Shown here: positions 55,923 to 64,000 of the stretch, in pieces
Layout: every line of letters starts with the position of its first letter
Numbering within the stretch: position 1 is the first letter of the stretch
From: an uncultured Nitrososphaeraceae archaeon
Lineage (GTDB): Archaea > Thermoproteota > Nitrososphaeria > Nitrososphaerales > Nitrososphaeraceae
Direction: 5' to 3'
Assembly (NCBI GenBank): GCA_963779615.1
Contig: CAVZZA010000003.1
Coordinates: forward strand, 672,001 to 736,000
DNA: 64,000 bases
Program-made: the position numbers and the translations under genes
Notes under the pieces: model-generated
What the model saw: only the letters and a program-made list of their open reading frames with translations
Told to the model about the DNA's origin: nothing
Database searches by the model: none

Positions 55923-56596
55923 CAATAAAACAAATAATGAAAATAACACATTCATTGATGGGAAAAAAACATATTTCGACAATCTTCAATATCATCTAAA
56001 AACAAATGAAAACAATGGGCAAGAACAAAATACAATAAATAAAATTAAAATGAAAAAGGTTATGAATATAGAGTTCAATATATCAAGTAAAGGATTAAAA
56101 TTTACAAACAAATCACAAAGAAACCATTATTCAGTATATAAATAACAAATTTTGTTTCTTAGTTATGATTGGTTATACTCTTTTACGTTTTTTCAAATTT
56201 GTAAATATGCGAAATCTATTTCCCATGATTCTTAAATCACTTTTTTACAAGATGCAATAATAACGCTCCAATTAACATATCATTTTTATCGATTTTTGTT
56301 AATGTAAACCATGAGCAATATCATATTAACAAAAAATAAAAACTCATTTATAAACAGATAAATGCATAACGCTTTGGAGACAGGATTTCAATTTTTTATC
56401 AAAGAAATATAGATTATGGCTTGATTATACAATAGCCAGATATATTTAACCTTAATAATTATGTTCATTAATTCATCCATTTACTATCTGCATCCCTCGC
56501 TCTCTCCACATTTCATTGAATTTCCCATAAATAAGACAACATAAAAAGGGTTTACAATTAATATAATCAGAGAATATAAAAAAAAGGGATCACAGG

Positions 56597-57067
56597 TTGA
56601 ATGATAATTTATTAGTTTTGGATTTTAAAGTTATTAAAGAATTCTGGGATGTTTACGATTTAAATGATGGTACAAAGTTAAAGAATAGAGTAATTTTAAC
56701 AGGTGTTAAAAAACTAAATATCAGCAGCACCAATATTGACAACGACAATAAAAGTAACAAAAATAATGAATACGAGTTTGACTTTCAATCGATACAATCC
56801 TTTATTTTTTCTGAAAAATCCAAAGGTAATCCTCACACAAATTTTTATAAAAAGCAGGAGCTTGACACATCATACAAAATAGAGATACCACATAGTGCAA
56901 TTTCAGAAAAATGGAATGAGTATTTAGTAAACGATGACGGAACAAAACTGAAACTAAAGAGCACTGTTACTGATGTTAAAAAATCAAATATTTTTTTACA
57001 AAATGGAGATCCCATTTATAATGTCAGAATTAAAATTTTATCAAAAGTAATTCGGCCCAAAATTTAG
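56597..57067 (+). CDS. Hypothetical protein made of two copies of a ~60-aa domain
   Basis: EFWDVYDLNDGTKLKNRVILTGVKK matches EKWNEYLVNDDGTKLKLKSTVTDVKK. Confidence 0.8.
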   Translation: MNDNLLVLDFKVIKEFWDVYDLNDGTKLKNRVILTGVKKLNISSTNIDNDNKSNKNNEYEFDFQSIQSFIFSEKSKGNPHTNFYKKQELDTSYKIEIPHSAISEKWNEYLVNDDGTKLKLKSTVTDVKKSNIFLQNGDPIYNVRIKILSKVIRPKI

Positions 57068-57303
57068 AATAATCAATCAAACACTATTGTTTTTAAGTTT
57101 TTTACACGGTATGAAATTAAGACCAATTGTTCCAAGATTAAAACATCAAGGGCATTAATGCAAAAATTGTATCAGCGCTGCAGTAATACAAAAAATACAG
57201 ATGTTTTACCATTGTATCATAACCATATTTCCTAAAATAGCATGCTGTGGTTTTGCTATTAGACCTCAATAATTTATAATACCAATAACTAATTTTACAA
57301 AAT

Positions 57304-57646
57304 CTGGAAAACATTTACGGCATAAACAAAGTAATTACAAAACTTGAGTCCACCACTAATAATAACATCGATTATTTTTTAGATTTTTTACAAACCAAAA
57401 GCATTAATGCAGGGGTTAACCTTAAAATCAAAACAAAAGTATATCCAAGAGCCATATTCTCTTGATGAGATTTATTACATCATTAAAGGAGAGGGCCGCA
57501 TACAAATTGGAGAAAAGGTGCATCCATTTCAAAGTGGAATGTGTATACACATCTCATCCAACATACATCACAGGTTCTTTGATAATAATAGTCAGATAGT
57601 TGCGCTATATTTCTTTTTCAGACAGTTGGGCAATAGGACAAACTAA
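57304..57646 (+). pseudogene. Cupin-domain protein, frameshifted
   Basis: The upstream frame ENIYGINKVITKLE...YFLDFLQTKSINAGV shifts into LTLKSKQKYIQEPYSLDEIYYIIKGEG...HHRF. The first metal His appears replaced (QEPY). Confidence 0.7.
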
Positions 57647-57722
57647 TATCAGATATACAATTTATAGGCACAGGCAAAATTAAAAAACAGTTATAAAAAA
57701 ATCCAAAATTTAAAAATATTTG

Positions 57723-58430
57723 TCATGGGTTATGATAAATAAATAGCATTATAGCCTCTTTGGCAGAACCACTGGTAATATTTGCCTGACTTTTTCCATA
57801 CAGATTGGCATCGATTTGATTCCATGTAATAAAAACTCCGTTTTCAGCATTGCCCCCTGTAATAACCGGATTAAAAGCATCGGTATTATTTCCCGTAACG
57901 GGGAAAATATTGAAATTATTTTTATTGGTATCATTTTTGTTTTCGGCCAAATAGACGCTGCTTGTGTTTCCATTAATTTGTTGCCATACTACATACAAAT
58001 TACCATTGAATGAAACAGCATCTAAATGCAGGATATAATCAATTTTTAAATTTGGGTATGTTAGGTTTATTTTATTTGTTTCCTTAAAAGTATCTTTATC
58101 ATATTTTGATAATTGTAATTGTTTGGTAGTGGAGTTGTTTAATAGGGCAATGAGGTAAAGACTATTGCCATCTGCTACTAGCTTGTACTGCCTTGTTTTG
58201 ATGTCTAGTGGAATAGGTGTTGGAGATTTTAATTTACCCGTAGAGTTATAATATTCTTTCACTTGTTTTTCGGATAGATAATTCACCGTTAGGTTTGTGT
58301 TAGGGGATGAAGAAGGAGAAGAAGAGTTATCTAAAATTTTATCATTTTGGGCATATGAAAAAGGTACGGCAATCATGCCGATAATCAAGAGCAAAACAAT
58401 TGAAAAAACTTTAGTTTTTTTAATGTCCAT
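57723..58430 (-). CDS. Secreted protein with beta-propeller-blade-like segments
   Basis: Signal peptide ending SYA-Q, then blade-like motifs GNSLYLI, GNLYVVWQ, SSVYLA and GVFITW. Confidence 0.75.
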   Translation of the reverse strand: MDIKKTKVFSIVLLLIIGMIAVPFSYAQNDKILDNSSSPSSSPNTNLTVNYLSEKQVKEYYNSTGKLKSPTPIPLDIKTRQYKLVADGNSLYLIALLNNSTTKQLQLSKYDKDTFKETNKINLTYPNLKIDYILHLDAVSFNGNLYVVWQQINGNTSSVYLAENKNDTNKNNFNIFPVTGNNTDAFNPVITGGNAENGVFITWNQIDANLYGKSQANITSGSAKEAIMLFIYHNP

Positions 58431-58512
58431 ATTCGAGATGTTGACATCATATAAAAATACTTTTCCAAAGTGTTAAACAATATTCATATATTTCCACTTT
58501 ACCTCGTTTTTG

Positions 58513-59508
58513 GCTTTGTTGCATAACTCAATCTATTTAGCTGTAATTAAATTAAACTAACATTTGTGACTGACTGGCCTTCCCATAATCGGTCCTTGGT
58601 AAGAAGGGGAGAGATTCTCTTTGCTTATGATTCTCGGAACTTGTGGCTGGACATAGAGACTCATGAGATAAATGAAAAGAAGGAATCAGAAATTAAAGAT
58701 ATCCTGGTTTCCTTATTCTTGTTATTGGTTACATCAAAGTTTACTTTCACCCACCATACAGACAAACAGATGGAATCATAAAAACAACTACAAAGAACCT
58801 GCCAAACCATCCAGCTAGTCACAGATTAATAAAAGGATAAACAATCTTGACACCGTTAGTAGTAGAAGCAGTAGTAAATTGGATGATGATAGCGATGATC
58901 TCATCATGGCAGTATACAGGTACTGATATCAAGGTAACAAACAGAGGCCAGTGGATGTCGGGCAAATGGAATGTAAAAAATAAGAAGAAAGGCTATCGTA
59001 AAATCCACGTTGCCGTGAACACAAAGACCAAAGAAATCCTTGCTTTAGAGGTTACTGATGAGAAGATTCATGAAGGAAAGGTTACGGATAAACTGATTGA
59101 ACATATTTTGAAAAACAACAAAGATGTCAAAATCAAATCTGTTTTATACGATGGAGCCTACGATAATAATAAGAACTTCAAATACATTGAGGAAAACAAA
59201 ATCCAACCTGGAACCAAGGTAAGATTGAATTCAATTATTTCGACAAAAAATTTCAGTATATGAAATAAAGAAGTGAAATCACAAACAAAAGATTTTCCCA
59301 GATGGAAGAAGAAAAGGAAATATGGAAAAAGATGGATTGCTGAGACAGCATTTTCTTCCATAAAGAGAACGTATGAGGAATATATTTCTGCAACCCGGTT
59401 TCAACTCATGGTGAAAGATGATTCTCAAGGTATCCTTGTACAACCTCTTTAGTAGAGTGACGCAAACTAGAGAAGAATGATTTATGGATAACCATTATGC
59501 AACAAAGC
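58513..59508 (+). mobile_element. Degenerate IS5-family (IS903-group-like) element, copy B
   Basis: Perfect 14-bp IRs GCTTTGTTGCATAA at 58513 and TTATGCAACAAAGC ending at 59508. Fragments WPSHNRSLVRRGEI, GYRKIHVAVN, YDGAYD and YGKRWIAETAFSSIKR. Confidence 0.92.
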
Positions 59509-60415
59509 GTATTTTTTCTTTATATTTCAATAAACAACGTTTTACTTAGATATTCTTCTAGACGCATTTTGAAAGTTTTGCATACATAGCCCCATATCAT
59601 TTTTCCTGAGATGCGAATCAAAGTTAAGTTTAATCCCAGCAGTAAAATATAAAACCAATAGCAGGCAGCAATAATCAAGTTAAATTTAAACTTTTTTGGA
59701 GGAAACCACATCATTTTGGTAATTGCGCTTTCTGTGTAATATCAGATAATTTAATACCAAATGTTAATGACACTAAACCAAAACTATTTTTCTCGGGTTT
59801 TAATTCCTTGAAAGTATCATAAAAGCAAACCAAGCAACAGTCATGGGTTATCGGAACATAAACTAAAAAAGATCAAGATTTGAGGATATGTTCATCACCC
59901 ATATTCACATTAATTTGTGAAGAATATTTACAACAAATTAGTGGTGAATATGCATATATTACATTAAAGTTAAAGGTGTTGCATAACAGCATTATTTTTT
60001 TGGGTCTTACTAATAATTAATTAAAACAAACATATTATTTCTTCAAATAATAACTTAGAAGGACACTAAATAAACAGCATACATTAAATTATACGGCTCC
60101 ACTCATCAAGATTTTGTTTTGTAAGTGTCTCATCAATACCTGCAGTTAATTTTATCAGAAATAATGGCCAAATTCCAAACCATCACTCTTCAATTGACAC
60201 TACATTATTATATACATTATTCGGTTAAAAGAACTAATTTAAACAATAAAAAGAAAAGAAATTTCCGCAGGTAAGCAAAGCCGATTATACCAATAACCAA
60301 AACTCTTAACAAACCCACTATTGCGTTATGATAAATTATAAATGACTATCAATACACAAAAAAATACCATAATATGAATAAATAGTAAAACAGCCTATCC
60401 ATTAATAGACAGAAT

Positions 60416-61309
60416 ATGGAACACGCTTGGCAAAAAAGAGATACAGGCATTACTGTAAGAATTATTGTTTGTTTAGCCATACTCGCATTTTTATACATTG
60501 TTTTTATGACAGTCCTTGCTTATGTAGGTCTTGGTTTTTTTCCCATTATGATAATTTCTGCAGCATTTATTCTTGCACAGTGGTATTTTTCAGACAAAAT
60601 TGTTCTTTGGAGCACCCGCTCAAAAGTTGTTAGCAGCAGCCAATACCCAACACTTCACTCGCTTGTAGAGAGAATAGTTTCACGAAATAACATGCCTAAA
60701 CCAAAAATTGCTGTTTCAGTCAATAGAATTCCAAATGCTTTTGCAACAGGGAAGGGACCCAATAGTGCAGTAGTCGCAGTAACATCAGGTTTATTGGAAA
60801 TACTTGACACCGATGAATTAGAAGGTGTTATAGCTCATGAATTGACACATGTAAAAAATCGTGATGTCATGGTTATTACACTTGCAAGTTTATTTTCAAC
60901 CATTGCATGGCAGATAATGCAGTTTGGGTATTTTGGAAGTTTTTACAATATGGGTAACAGAGATTGTAATAATGGCAATGCATTTCTGATAGTAATACTT
61001 GCAGCTTTTGTTACATGGTTAGTTAGTTTTCTCATTATCAGAGCCATCTCACGATATAGAGAGTATTCAGCAGATAGAGGTTCAGCACAAATGACAGGAA
61101 AACCTGCAAAACTAGCTAGCGCCTTAATGAAAATAAGTGGGACCATGAAACAGGTCCCAAACAGAGATTTGAGGCAGGTTGAAGGATATAATGCATTCTT
61201 TATAATCCCGGCCATTTCAGGTAGCACTTTTACCAATCTATTTTCAACCCACCCTCCAGTAGAAAAAAGAATACAAAAACTATTAGATATGGAGGCATCC
61301 ATGTATTGA
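60416..61309 (+). CDS. htpX: Zinc metalloprotease HtpX (M48)
   Basis: PNAFATG, AHELTH, SRYREYSAD, LASALMKI and FSTHPP. Confidence 0.95.
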   Translation: MEHAWQKRDTGITVRIIVCLAILAFLYIVFMTVLAYVGLGFFPIMIISAAFILAQWYFSDKIVLWSTRSKVVSSSQYPTLHSLVERIVSRNNMPKPKIAVSVNRIPNAFATGKGPNSAVVAVTSGLLEILDTDELEGVIAHELTHVKNRDVMVITLASLFSTIAWQIMQFGYFGSFYNMGNRDCNNGNAFLIVILAAFVTWLVSFLIIRAISRYREYSADRGSAQMTGKPAKLASALMKISGTMKQVPNRDLRQVEGYNAFFIIPAISGSTFTNLFSTHPPVEKRIQKLLDMEASMY

Positions 61310-62064
61310 AGTTTTTTAGAAAACTGTTAGACAAATTTGAAACAGGTGCTTTTGAAGAGTCCAATTCAAAAGATGATGATTCGGATGCAATATTTTCTAT
61401 AACCTCGGCGAGCCTATCAATTGAAGAAAAACTGGGGTTGCAATTTTCAGGGACTGCGGCTTTATGCGTAAAGGTAATAAATGGGTCCATGTTTAAAAAC
61501 GCAATCAAAGACTGCACCGATTTACTCAATGTTTCTAAGAATGAGTTTAAGTTTAATTTTAAAATCATCACAGACCATTATGATTATTTATGGGTCATCA
61601 TTAATGGGGAAAAACTGATGATTCATTCAGACACGATAACAAATGTTGCGGCTGCACTGTCTGCTACTGGAGACATACTGGAAGAAAACGGGTTCTCCGA
61701 GCAGATACTATCTGCCATATTTCAGTTCAAACTTTCTGACAGCAGTTCAGATTTAGAAAAAGTCGAATCAGATACACAAGGAGATATTGAGAATAACCAA
61801 AATAAGGGATTTAATTTCACAGCAGAAGAAGAAAATAGTCAAAAAAGTAGATACAGATACAATAACAGCAGCAGCAACAATAATAAAATAAATATGTACC
61901 TTATATACAACTACAAGACAAATAACTTTTATCCGTATGTACCGCTTGACAATATTAGAAGGGATACATCTAGAGAGATGCAGATAATTTCCATATTAAA
62001 AAGTTTGGTTTCTGTTGAGAACGACTATTCTAAATGGTTCCCAATTAAAGATATGCCATTTTAA
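61306..62064 (+). CDS. PspA-associated protein PspAB-like
   Basis: Overlaps the htpX stop. Motifs D.YDYLWVI, GFSEQILSAIF, YLIYNYKTNNFYPYVP...RD..RE and WFP. Confidence 0.8.
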   Translation: MKFFRKLLDKFETGAFEESNSKDDDSDAIFSITSASLSIEEKLGLQFSGTAALCVKVINGSMFKNAIKDCTDLLNVSKNEFKFNFKIITDHYDYLWVIINGEKLMIHSDTITNVAAALSATGDILEENGFSEQILSAIFQFKLSDSSSDLEKVESDTQGDIENNQNKGFNFTAEEENSQKSRYRYNNSSSNNNKINMYLIYNYKTNNFYPYVPLDNIRRDTSREMQIISILKSLVSVENDYSKWFPIKDMPF

Positions 62065-62479
62065 ACCCGAAAACGGCAAGCAATCAACCAAAAAAAGTAA
62101 AAAAATTTTTTTTATGTGGGAGTTAACAGTTCTGCAAATACACTGGTAATGTTTAATGTAAAGTATTTGTAGAAATTTACTTCATTTTTTTTTAAAAATG
62201 GTATCAAATATACGATTACTTCGACCGTCTAGTGTGTGAAAACAACCACAATTTGTTTACAAATACAACTAGACCATATCCTACACAAGCGTTAACTCAC
62301 TTGTTGCTTCTCCCACAATAATCAGGATTTCCTTTCTTTTTTTATAAATTGTTATTGAAACGTTACAATGCTAAAGTTAATCATTATTTTCACTTAACAA
62401 TAATGAAAAAAAATTTTTATTTAAACAAAAGAGGAAAGTCCAAGTTAAAATTGTTGAGTAGAGTCACACAAAACATTTT

Positions 62480-62830
62480 TTAGTACACATCTTTGACAAT
62501 TCCATCCCCTTTAAACAACCTTCTAGCTTCTTCCAATGTTATATCTTTTCCAGGTATCACCACATCAGACTGTACTATTTCTTTGGAGGCGATAGCGTCA
62601 CCTTTTTCTTCTACAATCAAATTAAGGAGTTTAAGCTGTCTCTCAAACTCAGCTTTCACCGAATCATTATTTTCCCCATTTTCAAGTAACTTTACGATTT
62701 TGTTGTCAATTGTATTTATTTCATGCATAGTGTTAGAATCTACGGCGTATTGTCCAAAACCCAGTATTCTAACAATTTTTTTTTCTTTGTTTATCTTATT
62801 CCACATATCCTTTAACCAAGTTTTTTTCAA
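62480..62830 (-). CDS. PspA-associated protein PspAA-like
   Basis: IVRILGFGQY...N.IDN...SDVVIP..DITLEEA..LF.GDG. Directly downstream of pspA. Confidence 0.85.
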   Translation of the reverse strand: MKKTWLKDMWNKINKEKKIVRILGFGQYAVDSNTMHEINTIDNKIVKLLENGENNDSVKAEFERQLKLLNLIVEEKGDAIASKEIVQSDVVIPGKDITLEEARRLFKGDGIVKDVY

Positions 62831-62875
62831 TTTAACTTTTTTTATGCTATTGTGACAGTTAAGTTAATTTTTTTA

Positions 62876-63574
62876 TCATGGTGTCAAACTTGATTTTAAT
62901 TTGTCCAAATCGTATTCTACTTTATTTTTTATATCAGTTTTTTCCAGTTCCAGTTCTATTTGATCTTTGTTGTTTGAATAATCGACTAATGTTCCAGAGT
63001 CTATCATCTCATCAATAGCCATTGCTTTTGATTGCATTGATTGTGTCTTTTCTTCTGCGCGACTTATCGACATGCCTATATCGGACATCTCTTCGGATAT
63101 TCCAGTGAGGTTTTCCTTTATTCTTACCTCTGCTTCTGCTGACGAATAGCGTGCTTTTATTATTTCTTTTCTGGATTTAAATTCTTCAACCTTGGCAGAA
63201 AGACGTCTTTCTGCATTTTCTAATTTATTTTGTTCGTTTTGTATTTCCATTATATGTTTTTCTAACTCTTTAATTTGAGCAAGGTTAGTATTTTTCCTTT
63301 CTAATGCGAGTCGAGCCAGGTCATCCCTACCGGCTTTAACAGCCGCTTTTGCCTGCTCATCTAGTTTGTTAATATTTTCCACGATTCTGGATTTCTGCAT
63401 TTCCAGTCTTTTTTTTGAGGCAACTACCTCAACAATGTCTCGTCGTAGCCTTTGGATAAGTTCGGTCTGTTTTACTGCAGAATAATCCAATGCTTCACGA
63501 GGATCTTCATGGTTTTCTAAAACTTTATTTACTTTTTGCTTTATGAGATTAATAAGCCTATTAGAGAAACTCAA
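62876..63574 (-). CDS. pspA: PspA/IM30 family protein (ESCRT-III superfamily)
   Basis: EDPREALD, AVKAGRDDLARLALERK, KARYSSAEA, and coiled-coil character throughout. Confidence 0.93.
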   Translation of the reverse strand: MSFSNRLINLIKQKVNKVLENHEDPREALDYSAVKQTELIQRLRRDIVEVVASKKRLEMQKSRIVENINKLDEQAKAAVKAGRDDLARLALERKNTNLAQIKELEKHIMEIQNEQNKLENAERRLSAKVEEFKSRKEIIKARYSSAEAEVRIKENLTGISEEMSDIGMSISRAEEKTQSMQSKAMAIDEMIDSGTLVDYSNNKDQIELELEKTDIKNKVEYDLDKLKSSLTP

Positions 63575-64000
63575 AGTGTATCTACTACATATTAATTGTA
63601 CAAAGTTACTTTAATTCTTTTAAACAAAAGTTTAAAAAAATAGCTATGTTTAATGAAAATCATTTTAAAAAATAATGAAAGTTTGCCTTTTGGTGAGAGA
63701 TAAAAAATAAAATAAAGCATCGTCTCACACATCTGTACAAAAGCCTTTTTGCAATAAAGTATTGTTTTCCATCGCGCTTTTTCAACGTCACCATCAAAAA
63801 ATTTTTTTTCCATCTTTTTGTCGAATTGCCAATAGAGAATCATTTGTCCTATATTGTGATTAACTTATTTTTTATCATTAGAGGGATAGAATAAATGAAA
63901 TGCTGCTTATGCTGATGAATTATGGAGGGAGAGTAAAACTGGCAGATATTGTAATAACAATGGGCCTTTGTTTTAATGAGTGCATCCTTTTTAAAGGCGT

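Noticed and set aside
59977-59987. Solo partial IS end TGTTGCATAAC
   Set aside because: No partner IR was found nearby, and it is too short to call an element.
1-64000. Numerous 60-150 aa ORFs antisense to or nested in long genes; also rRNA/tRNA genes
   Set aside because: The shadow ORFs overlap well-supported genes and lack motifs. No GC-rich cloverleaf or rRNA-like segment was seen by eye, though a covariance-model scan would be needed to exclude small RNAs.

Overview
AT-rich archaeal chromosomal segment. The gene content points to a soil thaumarchaeon of the Nitrososphaeraceae, probably Nitrosocosmicus-like (inference). That content includes a mitochondrial-type aconitase, a thaumarchaeal Zn-dependent dehydrogenase, soluble His kinases, a PspA/PspAA/HtpX/PspAB locus and many lineage-specific secreted and membrane proteins. 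Housekeeping genes are interspersed with accessory DNA: five decayed IS5-superfamily elements of three types, a 138-bp MITE, several single-indel frameshifted genes and small ORFs below the ORF-track cut-off. The most interesting locus is at 7.2-11.7 kb on the minus strand. It holds an 86-aa precursor-like peptide with an NHLP/Os1348-like helical leader and a GG-PPGRSCPPPGKKSH tail. Next comes an MvdD-like ATP-grasp ligase whose 46-aa N-terminal extension resembles a graspetide leader/core (PFLxxF...TTKVK...E). A 51-aa ORF follows and, beyond an IS, a multi-TM receptor-like protein. That membrane family occurs three times in the window, each time beside a different candidate extracellular or peptide partner, which suggests an undescribed ligand/receptor system. 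Also notable is a helically phased TTGAC array upstream of an HTH-coiled-coil gene. No rRNA, tRNA or CRISPR array was seen. All family assignments come from motif recognition by eye, without database searches.
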